A DNA stretch of 64,000 nucleotides from Candidatus Brocadiia bacterium (GCA_046538485.1 JBKHIT010000002.1:135672-199671); one strand, 5' to 3'. Shown: positions 18,286-29,023, counted from the stretch's first letter. Made by a program: numbers and translations. Notes: generated by a model from the sequence alone, not told the origin.

Positions 18286-19767
18286 TTGTCTGAAGAGAGT
18301 ACCAATGTGGTTTTCTCCGATAGCGGACCAGATGCTGGTCGCCCGAAATCTGAACAGGAGACGGCTTCGGAAGGGGATTCTGATCCGCTAAGACGTGAAA
18401 CGGTCTGGTATAAAATCCAGGAAAATATCAAGGAGCGGCTTGGTCTGGAACGCTTTGGAATTTGGTTCAAGCAGACCGAGCTCATGGACTTCGATGATTC
18501 GAAGCTGGTCATCGGTGTTCCGAATGTCATCATCAAGCAATATTTGGACCAGAAATATCGGGTGATCGTCGAAGATGCAGCTAAGGCTTTGCTCGACAGC
18601 GAAGTCGGCGTGGAATTCGATGTGGCCCCCAAGCTTTTGCGGAAAACCCGGGCCGACGACGAGGCTCTGCCAGATGCCGCTTTGCCGGAGAAACCGAAAA
18701 AGGTCGCCGACGAGATAGGTCCCACGTTAGAATCTCAGGAAGAGCGCGGGCGTAGTTCCCACAAACAATTTGAAGAACTTGTTGTCGTCGATTCGAATCG
18801 CCTGGCTTTTTTAGCGGCTCAGGAGCTTGCACGGCGTGAGGCCCCGCAATTCAATTTTGTTGTGGTTATTGGGTCGCACGGGGCAGGGAAGACAGCTCTT
18901 TTACGTGCAGCAGAAGGGCTGGCTCAAAAATCGCAAGTCCTCGGAAAGGCGCAATATTTGCGAGCAGAGAGTTGGAGTAACGACTACTATCATGCTTTGA
19001 AGAAACATCGCACGCGAAGTTTCCGCCAACATTACCGGTCATGTGATTTCCTGGTAATGGACGAAATGCAATTTTTCCAGGGTAAGCCCGCGGCGCAGGA
19101 GGAGTTTGTGCATACGGCGAAGACGTTGCAGTCACGAGGCGGTCGCCTTCTTGTGAGTTCGGCGCTCCACCCTGACGATTTCGAAGATGTTAAGCCTGAG
19201 TTCATACATCTGCTGAGTGGTGCGCTTTGGGTTGATTTGCAGATGCCCACGCAGGAGGAAATGACGGAAATAGCGAGCGCACTGGCCGGGCAAATGGGAT
19301 GCCAGGCAGAACCATCTGCGCTGCAGTATATAGTGCAACAAAACGGAGTAAATCTCCGCCGTTTGGAAGGGGTGATACGATCTGTAACCGCTTATGCTTC
19401 CCTGATAGGTGAAGATCGTCTCGGCCTGGCAGAAACAAAAAAGGCACTTTCGGCGACGGGACGCGCTCGCATGCCGAGACCTACGCTGGAAAAAATCACA
19501 GCAGCGGTGATAGAATCATTTTCAATTACAGAACAGGAATTGCGCGGCAAAACGAGGGCGCAAAAGGCCTGTCGGGCACGCCAGGCAGCAATGTATTTGG
19601 GGCGAGAATTGACCGGAGAATCACTATCAGATATCGGGCGGTTTTTTGGTGGGCGGACTCACAGCACAGTAAAACATTCCGTTGAGCAGGCCGATGCGAA
19701 GATTCAGGAAGCCGGAGGGATGGCCGCGGCAATGGAAAAGTGCAGACGAATACTTGGAGTGAGTTGA
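18286..19767 (+). CDS. dnaA: DnaA-like replication initiator paralog (divergent AAA+ domain)
   Basis: Domain I (W...F..WF...VPN), Walker A GSHGAGKT, Walker B DEMQF, QEEF.HT, RRLEG, domain IV RQAAMYL.RE...GRTHSTV; TTG start with AGGAGGAG SD. Confidence 0.85.
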   Translation: MSEESTNVVFSDSGPDAGRPKSEQETASEGDSDPLRRETVWYKIQENIKERLGLERFGIWFKQTELMDFDDSKLVIGVPNVIIKQYLDQKYRVIVEDAAKALLDSEVGVEFDVAPKLLRKTRADDEALPDAALPEKPKKVADEIGPTLESQEERGRSSHKQFEELVVVDSNRLAFLAAQELARREAPQFNFVVVIGSHGAGKTALLRAAEGLAQKSQVLGKAQYLRAESWSNDYYHALKKHRTRSFRQHYRSCDFLVMDEMQFFQGKPAAQEEFVHTAKTLQSRGGRLLVSSALHPDDFEDVKPEFIHLLSGALWVDLQMPTQEEMTEIASALAGQMGCQAEPSALQYIVQQNGVNLRRLEGVIRSVTAYASLIGEDRLGLAETKKALSATGRARMPRPTLEKITAAVIESFSITEQELRGKTRAQKACRARQAAMYLGRELTGESLSDIGRFFGGRTHSTVKHSVEQADAKIQEAGGMAAAMEKCRRILGVS

Positions 19768-19802
19768 ACGCGTTAAAAAACCGTTTTCAGCCCACCAGTC
19801 GT

Positions 19803-21074
19803 TCAGGCGCTCTTGCGGTGTTTTTCCTTCTCTTCATCCTCACCGGCCATCAAGGAACGTTTCCCGAGCACTACATCGCGGTCGAGAACGTATTTTTCCG
19901 CAGTGGTGTGAGAGGGCAGGAAAAAGAGGGGCTCAAGCATTATTTGTTCCATAACGGTTCGCAGTCCCCGTGCTCCCGTGCCCTTACCGGCAGCAAGTCG
20001 AGCAATCTCGTTCAACGCTTCTTCGGTGAATTCCAGCTCAGAATCCTCGAATTCAAAGAATTTCTGGTATTGTCGCACCAGCGCATTGCGGGGTTCGAGT
20101 AAAATTCGCACGAGCTCATCCTGTCCGAGTGGCATAAGCGGGGCCACAACCGGTATGCGCCCTACAATCTCAGGTATGAGACCGAATTTGATAAGATCAT
20201 CGTCGTTGACGAGCTTTAGGGCCTCGGCCAGGTTTCTCTGTTCAGCATTCTCATTTGAATGTGGACTGCCGAAGCCTATCTGCTGGCGATTTGTCCGTTT
20301 GCGGACGACTTCATCGATACCTGTAAAGGTCCCACCGCAGATAAACAGGATATTCGTTGTGTCAATCTGAATGTATTGCTCTTCGGGATGTTTTCGCCCG
20401 GCATGGGTCGGGACATTTGCGACCGTTCCTTCCAGCATTTTCAGCAGGCCCTGTTGTACACCCTCGCCGCCGACATCTCGTGTGATACTGACGTTTTGGC
20501 TTGTTTTGCCGATTTTATCGATTTCATCGACGTAAAGGATGCCCTGTTGTGCTTTTTCAACTTCGAAATCGGCAGCCTGAACGAGTTTGAGAAGGACGTT
20601 TTCAACATCTTCTCCGACATAGCCGGCCTCGGTGAGGGTTGTGGCATCGGCGATCGCGAAGGGGACGTTCAAACACCGGGCAAGAACACGCGCAATAAGG
20701 GTTTTTCCCGAGCCGGAGGGTCCGACAAGCAGCACGTTACTTTTATCGAGTTCGACATCCTCCACCATTGTGCTGGTGATACGGCGATAGTGGTTATGCA
20801 CAGCCACTGCGACGGTTTTTTTAGCCTTTTCCTGTCCAATTACATACTCGTCGAGCATTTCTTTGATGTCGACAGGAGTCGGGACGTGTTCGAGTGGTTC
20901 AGCTGTGGGTTCGTAAAGCTGTTCTTGCTGGACAATGGAATGACAGAGTTCGACGCATTCATCACAGATGAAAGTGTTGTGACTGCCTCGAATCAGTCGT
21001 CGGACATCATCGTAACCTTTACCGCAAAAAGAACAGGCTTCTTTGTGTGAGCCACGGTCATCTTTGCCGGGCAT
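19803..21074 (-). CDS. clpX: ATP-dependent Clp protease ATP-binding subunit
   Basis: CSFC..CDEC zinc finger, [27 protein letters not shown] loop, GARGLR. Confidence 0.97.
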   Translation of the reverse strand: MPGKDDRGSHKEACSFCGKGYDDVRRLIRGSHNTFICDECVELCHSIVQQEQLYEPTAEPLEHVPTPVDIKEMLDEYVIGQEKAKKTVAVAVHNHYRRITSTMVEDVELDKSNVLLVGPSGSGKTLIARVLARCLNVPFAIADATTLTEAGYVGEDVENVLLKLVQAADFEVEKAQQGILYVDEIDKIGKTSQNVSITRDVGGEGVQQGLLKMLEGTVANVPTHAGRKHPEEQYIQIDTTNILFICGGTFTGIDEVVRKRTNRQQIGFGSPHSNENAEQRNLAEALKLVNDDDLIKFGLIPEIVGRIPVVAPLMPLGQDELVRILLEPRNALVRQYQKFFEFEDSELEFTEEALNEIARLAAGKGTGARGLRTVMEQIMLEPLFFLPSHTTAEKYVLDRDVVLGKRSLMAGEDEEKEKHRKSA

Positions 21075-21122
21075 ATATTTCTCCCTTATCTATTGGACGC
21101 CAAATCCGGGCGAATTTTGCGT

Positions 21123-21764
21123 TTACTGCGATTCATCTTCTTCGTTCTCATTGCCCGTGAGTATTTCATCTACAATTCCGTAATCTAAGGCCTCTTCGGC
21201 GGACAGGTAAAATTCCCTGTCTGTATCTTTTGAAATTCGTTCGAAGGGTTGGTTTGTGTGTTTTGCCAGGATATCGTTGATCCACTCCTCCAGTTTAACC
21301 ATCTCGTCGGCGTGGATGCTGATATCGGCGGCAGTTCCTTCCATACCGCCCCATGGTTGATGGAGCATGACCCGCGCATGGGGCAGGGCGAAGCGTTTTT
21401 CGGGAGCGCCTCCTGCCAGAAGGACAGCACTCATGCTGTAGGCTTCTCCAACGACATAGGTCGCAACATCCGGCTGTATCAATTGCATCGTATCGTATAT
21501 GGCAAGTCCACTGGTTATCAAACCACCCATGCAATTCAAATATAGATTAATGTCCTGATTCTTGTTCTCGTTCTGCAGATACAGCATCTGAGCGACAACT
21601 GTGTTTGCAACTGTATCGTTAATAACGGACCCAATAAAAATAATGCGATCTTCCAGCAATCGCGAAAAGATGTCGTACGCTCTCTCTCCCTGGGCGGTTT
21701 TCCGCACGACCATCGGGAGATACTGGGAGTTCATCGGGTCCATATCCGGCCGCGAATCTTCCAT
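21123..21764 (-). CDS. clpP: ATP-dependent Clp protease proteolytic subunit
   Basis: ERAYDIFSRLLEDRIIF, AYSM (catalytic Ser), HQP, DRE; exact start uncertain (21734-21764). Confidence 0.95.
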   Translation of the reverse strand: MEDSRPDMDPMNSQYLPMVVRKTAQGERAYDIFSRLLEDRIIFIGSVINDTVANTVVAQMLYLQNENKNQDINLYLNCMGGLITSGLAIYDTMQLIQPDVATYVVGEAYSMSAVLLAGGAPEKRFALPHARVMLHQPWGGMEGTAADISIHADEMVKLEEWINDILAKHTNQPFERISKDTDREFYLSAEEALDYGIVDEILTGNENEEDESQ

Positions 21765-21807
21765 TTCCTTATTTTTCCTGTAATGTTCCACTTTTGAGGA
21801 TCTGTTT

Positions 21808-23274
21808 CTATTCTTCTGGAGTTTCTTCAGACTCTTGTTCATTTCCCGTGTCTTCTGATTCATCCTGATCGGCCCCGAACTCCTCGGGCGGGACATAGTT
21901 GATTTCAGCTTCATCGAGAAGAGCTTCGACGGTTTTTTCTTCTCGAAGGTTCCAGCGCATCGACCGCATGAGGTTGTTTTCTTCAAGGTACCCCCGTGCT
22001 TTGCGTTCGGTCCAGTTTTGTCGTCTGGCCACGGCTCGAACCTGCTCTTGGACTTCGGAGTCGAGGACGTAGACCCGTTCATTCTCTGCAATTTTCCGGA
22101 GTATGAATTCTACTTTAAGATTACGGACAGCCCGGGCGCGGGATACTTCTGCGTTTTCGTGTGCCATTTGTTCGGCTTCCTGACGCGAACGGCCGGCGCG
22201 AAGGGCCTCGGTCATCATTCGTCGGGTTTCGTCCTCTGTGGCGCTTTGTATGAGCGAGTCCGGCATCTCAACATCGATATTTTCCAGAATAGTATCGGTA
22301 ATAATATTGCGCCGAATCTGGTTACGCTGCTGTTCAAGACGTCGGTCGAGGCGGTCTCGGACCATTGAACGCAGTTCCTCGACATCCTCCATGCCGAGCT
22401 GTTGCGCAAGATCGTCGTCTATCTCTGGGGTTTCCTGCCGATAAACCGACTGGATTTCTATCTCGGTCTTAACCGGAGTGTCGGCCAGAGCTTCCAGCGG
22501 TTTGTTCTGTGCCGAAAGGTCGGCATCATCTGCAAGGGTGACTTCGAGTTCAATCGAATCGCCCGGCGATGCACCAATTATCGCCCCTTTAATACCTTCA
22601 GCCTCAAACGGTCCGATACGTTCTTCGCCTGGCTGAAAAGGTATTTCTTCGCTCCAAGTGACTTTATCAGTGGAGATAGTGACGTTGCTTTCGACATAGT
22701 CATCCTGATCCACGGATCCCTCTTCAACTTCATCCCAACCGGCAAGTTGACCGGCGAAACGCTCGAGTTCCTGTTCGAACATCTCATCGGTGACTTCCAG
22801 TTCTGGAATCTCAAGTTCCAGCCCTTTGTAATCTTCTTCTTTTATTTCTACTTCGGGAAGTATTTCGCATTGAAATTCGACTTCGAGCGGTTGTCCAACG
22901 TCCCATTCAAGGCTTTCGAAATCAGGTGCCTCTTTTTCTTCAACGACCGATAGCTCATTTTGCTGGACAGCATCCTGATAGGCCTCACCGGCGACGGTGG
23001 AAACCACGTCGTTGCGCAGACGTTCATTATAACGCTTCAGGACGAGCCCGCGTGGCGCTTTTCCCTGGCGGAATCCCGGCAACTGAGCTTGTTGCTGCAG
23101 GTTATCCAGGTCTTCATTGAACCGGTCTTCCAGATAATCAGCATCAATTTCGATGCGTATAGAGCATTCACAGCTTCCGTGGCGTTCGATTTCAGTGTGA
23201 ATTCCTGACTCTTCAACGTCGTTTTCGTCCTGCTGTTCGGTGACGCCGGTTTCGGTGTTTTCTTCGTCAGCCAT
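21808..23274 (-). CDS. tig: Trigger factor
   Basis: LPGFRQGKAP ribosome-binding motif; tig-clpP-clpX synteny. Confidence 0.93.
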   Translation of the reverse strand: MADEENTETGVTEQQDENDVEESGIHTEIERHGSCECSIRIEIDADYLEDRFNEDLDNLQQQAQLPGFRQGKAPRGLVLKRYNERLRNDVVSTVAGEAYQDAVQQNELSVVEEKEAPDFESLEWDVGQPLEVEFQCEILPEVEIKEEDYKGLELEIPELEVTDEMFEQELERFAGQLAGWDEVEEGSVDQDDYVESNVTISTDKVTWSEEIPFQPGEERIGPFEAEGIKGAIIGASPGDSIELEVTLADDADLSAQNKPLEALADTPVKTEIEIQSVYRQETPEIDDDLAQQLGMEDVEELRSMVRDRLDRRLEQQRNQIRRNIITDTILENIDVEMPDSLIQSATEDETRRMMTEALRAGRSRQEAEQMAHENAEVSRARAVRNLKVEFILRKIAENERVYVLDSEVQEQVRAVARRQNWTERKARGYLEENNLMRSMRWNLREEKTVEALLDEAEINYVPPEEFGADQDESEDTGNEQESEETPEE

Positions 23275-23367
23275 GCGTGAAATCCTCGGGAGGGTTTGAC
23301 AAGGGGGAGAAGTATTGAAAAATCTGTTTCACAAGAAAAAAACAGGGAGCACATCCCTGCTTCCTGT

Positions 23368-23397
23368 ACCTTACATCAGATTGCCCCAAAAAGTCAA
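23368..23397 (-). promoter_or_regulatory. Possible sigma70 promoter for tig-clpP-clpX
   Basis: TTGACT-18 bp-TAAGGT on the minus strand. Confidence 0.4.
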
Positions 23398-23501
23398 GCC
23401 GGATCAAATAGGTCAGCCTGACATCTTGGGCTTGCAACTACAACAGCAGCAAGCGCTTACGTTGGGGATGTTTTTTTAAGGGCCGCCCTGGACCTGGATA
23501 T

Positions 23502-23615
23502 AAAAAAAGGCCCCGGCTTGTGCGAGAGTGTGTTCCCCGGAATATTTCACGATGCAGTTAACGCACCGAGAGCTGTAAGTTGTTGGCCCCGGGTGGAGAA
23601 CACGGGGAAGGTCAC
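23502..23615 (-). ncRNA. Candidate structured RNA (unassigned)
   Basis: Nested stems GTGTTC/GAACAC, CCCGGGG/TTCCGGG, CGGTGC/GCATCG with G-U pairs favouring the minus strand; ends in T7; TTGACC upstream. Confidence 0.35.
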
Positions 23616-23844
23616 GAATTGATACATAGTTGGCAAGACGACAGGGTCAAGAATTTTTGGCGCGACCGCCCGGAAACGACGGGAAAAGAAAAGCACATTG
23701 ATGCACACGTGAAAAGGTGTTGACACAGCAGCCTTTCAACTATACAGGGAATATGTGCTTTGTCAGGCGGCACTTGAGATACGGGAAACGTCTGTGCTTA
23801 CCTTCCGCCCGGGTACCGCGCCGGCAACGCTTGAAACAGGCGCG

Positions 23845-25644
23845 TTAACGGCTTTGCTCATGCCGCAATATATTTATATAGGCGATCAGCGACGAGAGAT
23901 TATGCTGAACGTAATCGATGCGTATCTCACTACGGGTCAAACTGCGGCGAAACCCGCCCATGGCCTTTGCGGGGTCAGGGAGGTGTATCGCGCATTCAGG
24001 TGTGTACTGAGTTTGCAACTGGAACCGAATGCCAAGTTCAATGTTATTGCGAAAAATCCTGGCCAACTCGGCATTGCCAAAATCACGTTCCAGCTTGAAA
24101 GCTGCCCCGAGACCTTCGCTGCGTGTTGCTGTTGGTGTGCTGCGGGGAGGACGATAATAACTGCCAAGCCAGTCAGGAACCTGGGGCTTTCTGTTTTGTT
24201 TGCGCATCATAGCACTGGCGAGTCGGCGAGAATGGCTCAACAGACCCGAATGTGACCTTCGTCTGTACGTTTCGTAGAGGGCATAGAGAACCCAATGATC
24301 ATGAAAAAGCATCTCGGCTGGCTTATGTTGCTTGATTTTTACCTGATAATGCGCGCCTCGCTCCGCCGCATCAATCCATTTTTCTTGCCTGTCCACTTCG
24401 TAAAGGCGCGTGAGCCCCAAAATGGCTTCGCCAGGATAATAGATGGATTGGAACGCCGCTAATTTTCCCGAAGGCAGAAAGGCTTTGTGAATTGTGAAAT
24501 GACCGTTTTCCGCCTGTGTGCTTGTTATCCACCGTGCCAGATCTCTGGCAACAGGCAGCAGGTCTTTGTCACCGGTAGCTCTGACATATTGGGCAAAAGC
24601 AAGAACTCCCAATCCATTTGCGCCAAGCGCTATGGCGTTCCCGGAAGGCAGAATGGTTCCCTTCTGGCCCTCAAAACCGACGGGTTTTATGCGATCTCGC
24701 ATATATTGTAAAGCCCGGCGCGCTGCATCGAGAAGTTTTTTGTCTTTTGTTAGTTCGTAAAGCTCCAGCATTGAATAGGTCGCTCCTGCGTGCCGGATTA
24801 TGTTGTAGTCGTCGGGGATTTTGTCTTTACCTGCGATATAAATGTAGTCGAACTGCCCGTCTTCCCGCGTCGCACGGGTGAGGTATTCTCCTCCGGCGCG
24901 GGCGGATTGCAATAGAAGCTCCTCGGAAAGAGAGGGGAACTGCCTGTGTCCCCGGAATAAGTGTACAACTTTGTCTCCATCGGTAAAAAATCCATCGGTG
25001 CGGAACCGATAAGCCAGCAAAGCATCTTTTTCCATTAATGTGGCAAATTTCTGGCCTCGCTCCGTGTGCTGACCAAGATATGCAGCAATTCGGTCAGGAT
25101 CCAGATGCCTGGTTTTGTCAACAAGTGCCCTGTGGATTAACTCGTCGGGTAATAAGGCCATCCGCGGATGGGGACCAAACGCTATGCCCCAGAGACTGCA
25201 GTCGAGCGCCAGAGCCTGTCGAAAATTGATAACATGGGGGTGCTTTTCAGAGGTGGTTACAAAATCAACTTTAATCCACTTTGCATTCGAACCGGTTCCC
25301 CCGCGCTGCTGGATAGATTCAACGCTTTGTGCCAGGGCTTCCGTTAGGGTAGGACCGCGTCCCATAGCGACAGTTTGGTTTTGTGCCCCGTCGCTGGTTG
25401 TGACAAAAACGATTTCAACAGGACGGCTACCCTGGTCGTGCGGCAACATAGCTGAAGCATCGTTCTGAAGCATAGCCGCCACACTTCGCACACGTTCGAT
25501 TTTTTCTGCTTCATTCAGCGGCAGGGATCCCTGAATGTTTTGAAACCACGGCTCTTCCTGAGTCGGGTTGGTCTGGCAGCCGCAGAGCATGAAAGAAACC
25601 AAGAAAAGTACAGCTGCTGTGATGAAAATGGTGTTTAAGCGCAT
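23845..25644 (-). CDS. Lipoprotein with probable alpha/alpha-toroid domain, function unknown
   Basis: Lipobox-like MLCGC; YNIIRHAG, YYPGEA, HDHW, RIDYVQH motifs and repeated QxxxGxF helical units. Confidence 0.65.
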   Translation of the reverse strand: MRLNTIFITAAVLFLVSFMLCGCQTNPTQEEPWFQNIQGSLPLNEAEKIERVRSVAAMLQNDASAMLPHDQGSRPVEIVFVTTSDGAQNQTVAMGRGPTLTEALAQSVESIQQRGGTGSNAKWIKVDFVTTSEKHPHVINFRQALALDCSLWGIAFGPHPRMALLPDELIHRALVDKTRHLDPDRIAAYLGQHTERGQKFATLMEKDALLAYRFRTDGFFTDGDKVVHLFRGHRQFPSLSEELLLQSARAGGEYLTRATREDGQFDYIYIAGKDKIPDDYNIIRHAGATYSMLELYELTKDKKLLDAARRALQYMRDRIKPVGFEGQKGTILPSGNAIALGANGLGVLAFAQYVRATGDKDLLPVARDLARWITSTQAENGHFTIHKAFLPSGKLAAFQSIYYPGEAILGLTRLYEVDRQEKWIDAAERGAHYQVKIKQHKPAEMLFHDHWVLYALYETYRRRSHSGLLSHSRRLASAMMRKQNRKPQVPDWLGSYYRPPRSTPTATRSEGLGAAFKLERDFGNAELARIFRNNIELGIRFQLQTQYTPECAIHLPDPAKAMGGFRRSLTRSEIRIDYVQHNLSSLIAYINILRHEQSR

Positions 25645-25729
25645 TCCTGAGCCCGATCTGCCACAAAAATAAATTTACACGGGAATTGTACTCTTATGTG
25701 TCCGAAGAGGCAAATCTGCATCTCGGATT

Positions 25730-26890
25730 TCAGCTATGGTTTCCAGAGAATACCGGTACATCCAGGCACAGTCCGAGCGTCTCCCGGACTTTTCGAACAT
25801 AGAATGTGAAACTTTCCAGAGACGTTTCCGGGACGACCCTGTGGTCCAGACCGGCAACGTATCCTCCAGTCCGAATCATCGGCGGAACTCGGTAAGATAT
25901 TTCATCTTCAATCGCCTTTTGCGGGTTCGAAGTGCTACTATTCTTCATTGGAAGTAAGGGGGTCGGATTGTCAGCGAGGGCGAGTTTGTTAATTCCTCGC
26001 ATGAATGCCATCTGCTCACCGTATTTTTCCCGCAGTTCACAAATGTCGTTGCCTGCCCGGACCTCACATGGGAGGACTGCGTTAATCCCCGCTTCGATCA
26101 ACAGCGGTAGAAGTTGTCCCAAGTGGCCGTCGGTATCCACTGAAAAAATGCGTGTCCCATGTGATCGGTAAAGCCCGATGATTCTCTTGTAATGCGGCAT
26201 CATGAATTCTCGGAAGATATCGGGGCTTACCATCATTGCACTTCTGTAGCACATGTCTTCACTCATATGCATCCAGTCAACGTCCACGCGCCCCAGCATT
26301 TCTTCGCTCACAGCAAACAACATGTTAGAATACGTTTGGAGCAACTTTTTTATGAAATCGGGCTGTGTATAGTATGAGAGGCAGAGTTTTTCATCGCCCA
26401 TCAGGTCGCGCGGGAACCAGTAGAAACCTTTCCAGCCAACTCTGATGGCCCGTCCGTTTTGTCTTGCCTGGTTGTGTTTGGATCCCAAGTCATCGGATAT
26501 TCTTTCGGGGCTATACTGTAATCTGCTTTCATATTCTGGCCAATCATCGGGGCCCGCGATAGGGAATTCGTAGGGGAGCGAAATGGTCGTCACCCCTTTT
26601 TTAAGTTTGCGTTTTGTGCCCATCGAATCCTGCGTGATGATAACCCCGTTTTTGTCGGAGAGCGTTTTTTGTTCGAACGGCGGGTGTAGGCCGAAGTTAA
26701 CTGGAAGGCCAATCGGCGGTCGATCGAAACCAAAATAATCACGGATTTCCGATTCGCCTATTTCTTCCGGCAGACCCTCATTATGCCATCGTTCCAGCGT
26801 ACCGGGCATCAATCCAAAACTATGCTCAAATATGAAACGGTCGGCGTCCCCAAAAGTAACGCAGGCCAGCCAGCGTTCGCGTTCGTTCAT
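25730..26890 (-). CDS. Uroporphyrinogen decarboxylase (MtaA/CmuA-like) family protein
   Basis: MNERER start, EDMCY, MVSP..FREF, DTDG, GGYVAGLDH. Confidence 0.85.
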   Translation of the reverse strand: MNERERWLACVTFGDADRFIFEHSFGLMPGTLERWHNEGLPEEIGESEIRDYFGFDRPPIGLPVNFGLHPPFEQKTLSDKNGVIITQDSMGTKRKLKKGVTTISLPYEFPIAGPDDWPEYESRLQYSPERISDDLGSKHNQARQNGRAIRVGWKGFYWFPRDLMGDEKLCLSYYTQPDFIKKLLQTYSNMLFAVSEEMLGRVDVDWMHMSEDMCYRSAMMVSPDIFREFMMPHYKRIIGLYRSHGTRIFSVDTDGHLGQLLPLLIEAGINAVLPCEVRAGNDICELREKYGEQMAFMRGINKLALADNPTPLLPMKNSSTSNPQKAIEDEISYRVPPMIRTGGYVAGLDHRVVPETSLESFTFYVRKVRETLGLCLDVPVFSGNHS

Positions 26891-26917
26891 TAGCCGAGTC
26901 CTTCAATAATGTCCAGT

Positions 26918-27406
26918 TCAAGTGGGTGAATTGAGCTGAAAAGCATCCTTTATATGCTCGATTCGTGGGGGTGTCAGCCCTTTCTGTTTATGCACGGCGA
27001 CGAGATCTAACCGTAGAACAACGTCTTCGCGATGGAGTTGCCGGAGGCTTGCGTATTGTTGCGCGGCTCTGAGCACACGTTTCTGTTTTTCCCGGGTGAC
27101 GGTTTCGAGGGGGTCAACTGTTGCCCGGATGCCGCGAGCACGAACTTCTATAAAGGCTACAATTCCGTCGCGGAAAGCGACAATATCGAGTTCCCCTCCG
27201 GTACAGTGAAAATTCCTTTCCAGTATGCGATAGCCATTTTGTCGGAGAAATCTGGCGGCCATTCTCTCCTCGCGATCTCCTCTTAATCCATAACGACGCC
27301 CGCGGGAAGCATGATATCCGCAAAGGGCGAGCAGGCGTTGTACAGGGTTTTTAAGTAAATTTCGCAGCCGGTCGGCAATTGTTTTGTCATTTGACGAATG
27401 TGCCAT
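26918..27406 (-). CDS. YraN/UPF0102 family endonuclease-like protein
   Basis: E..AA.FL...GY.ILERN, GELDIVA, FIEVR, RLDLVAV, HIKDAF. Confidence 0.9.
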   Translation of the reverse strand: MAHSSNDKTIADRLRNLLKNPVQRLLALCGYHASRGRRYGLRGDREERMAARFLRQNGYRILERNFHCTGGELDIVAFRDGIVAFIEVRARGIRATVDPLETVTREKQKRVLRAAQQYASLRQLHREDVVLRLDLVAVHKQKGLTPPRIEHIKDAFQLNSPT

Positions 27407-27581
27407 GGCCAAATCCCCGGTGGAATTACCTTCGACTGATGCATTATGGCGGAGATTAACGTTTCGTCAAATGCCAGTATCCTGGTCAGGAAACAGAGCG
27501 CTCCAGCAAGCACCGGGAGGATTATACGGCCGGAATATGGATTTAAAATCGCGGGTATGCGAGAGACCGTTGTGCAACCGA

Positions 27582-28958
27582 CTAATCGAGCAACCGAGCA
27601 TTTTCTCCGTGCATATAGCGCTCACGTGCGTTCCACGCTTCGACAAGATCCAGCTCATAGATCATATCTTCCCACGGCAATTCCGGATCCCCCAGGTGTT
27701 GCATCCAGCCATCCACCTCCTGATTGAGTTCGTCGCGGATAGCCTTCAAGCGTGGGGCGTCAATTCGATTGTGCTGCTGAAACTTGTCTTTCAAGTTGTC
27801 GTACAGGAGCCAGCTATCTTCTTCGATGCGTCGGGCATAAGTGTACCGATTGGTTCGAACTCCCCGCCACTCCGGGAATTCCTGGGAAGCCCCTTGATCG
27901 ACGATTACGGGGACCCCAACGGGTACATTTGCCGGTTCTGGTTCTTTGCTTTTTCTCAGAAAAGGGGCGCACGAACGGCCCTGAATGGTTTCGGGGCAAT
28001 CAATCTCCAGCAGATCGAGGATAGTCGGCAGGATGTCCATTGTTCCTATAAGGGCTTCTGTCCGGTGACCTTGCGGCAGAATGGAAGGACAGCGCCACAT
28101 AAGGGGGACCAGAATAGATTCTTCCCACGGTTTTTCTTTCTTTGTTGTTTCTTGACTCCCGAGCATGTCGCCATGATCTGACGTAAATATAACCAGAGTA
28201 TCATTAGCAATTTCTAATTCTTCGAGAGTTTGCATCAAACGGCCGAGATTGTCATCGAGTGCAGTGATTGCGGCGTAGTAACGGGCGAGAGTTTCCTGCC
28301 ACTTCTGGCGGGCAGTGTCAGACTGGGCGCCTATGTTAGGACGAAGGTCGATGTCGGCGGGATCGTATTTTCCCAGGTACCGATCCGGGACAAGTTCATA
28401 GGGAGCGTGCGGCGGGCCCCAGGATACCACCAGTCCGAATGGTTCGTCACTATGGTTTTTCACAAAGTCGATGGCGAGATCCGTTTGTCCCTCTGGTTCG
28501 TAACCATCAAAATGCCGGACCTCATCGGTATCGGTGAAATATTTACCATCGAAATACTGGTGATGGCAATTCCAGGCGGCCCAGAAATCGTCAAATCCGA
28601 GTCTTCGTTCTCCGGGGGGGGTAAATTTATCTCGAGGTACGCCATCGAGGTGCCATTTACCGATATATCCTGTTCGGTAACCGGCATTACGGAGAACTGA
28701 CCCCAGGGACGGCAGGTCAGCCCGTATGGGCATATCATTGGCCAGAGCATGATGGCGTGTGGGGTGGGTCCCGGTCAGCAAAATGCCCCGATTTGGTGTG
28801 CAGACCGGGCAGTTAGAAATTCCATTTGTGCAGAGCGCCCCCTCGGACGCAAGCCGGTCCATATTGGGTGTTTGAATCTGTCGGTTGCCCATAGCCCGAA
28901 CATCGTGTCCGCGCATTTGGTCGGCGAAGATCAGAAGGATATTAGGTTTCCGGGACAT
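27582..28958 (-). CDS. Sulfatase (formylglycine-dependent)
   Basis: PNILLIFADQ, CTPNR (CxPxR), GKWH, PPH, SDHG, LYDN..D. Confidence 0.95.
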   Translation of the reverse strand: MSRKPNILLIFADQMRGHDVRAMGNRQIQTPNMDRLASEGALCTNGISNCPVCTPNRGILLTGTHPTRHHALANDMPIRADLPSLGSVLRNAGYRTGYIGKWHLDGVPRDKFTPPGERRLGFDDFWAAWNCHHQYFDGKYFTDTDEVRHFDGYEPEGQTDLAIDFVKNHSDEPFGLVVSWGPPHAPYELVPDRYLGKYDPADIDLRPNIGAQSDTARQKWQETLARYYAAITALDDNLGRLMQTLEELEIANDTLVIFTSDHGDMLGSQETTKKEKPWEESILVPLMWRCPSILPQGHRTEALIGTMDILPTILDLLEIDCPETIQGRSCAPFLRKSKEPEPANVPVGVPVIVDQGASQEFPEWRGVRTNRYTYARRIEEDSWLLYDNLKDKFQQHNRIDAPRLKAIRDELNQEVDGWMQHLGDPELPWEDMIYELDLVEAWNARERYMHGENARLLD

Positions 28959-29023
28959 CAAATACGTCTTTCATTTTTGAGTTTAAGAGTAACGCTTATT
29001 GGGGAATGTCGGATTCCGGTTTA

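Noticed and set aside
23275..23844. tRNA upstream of tig
   Set aside because: No T-loop GTTCRA motif or cloverleaf found.
23720..23845. Second sRNA on the plus strand after TTGACA
   Set aside because: The -10 spacing is poor (15 bp to TATACA) and the stems are short; may simply be the terminator region of the convergent gene.
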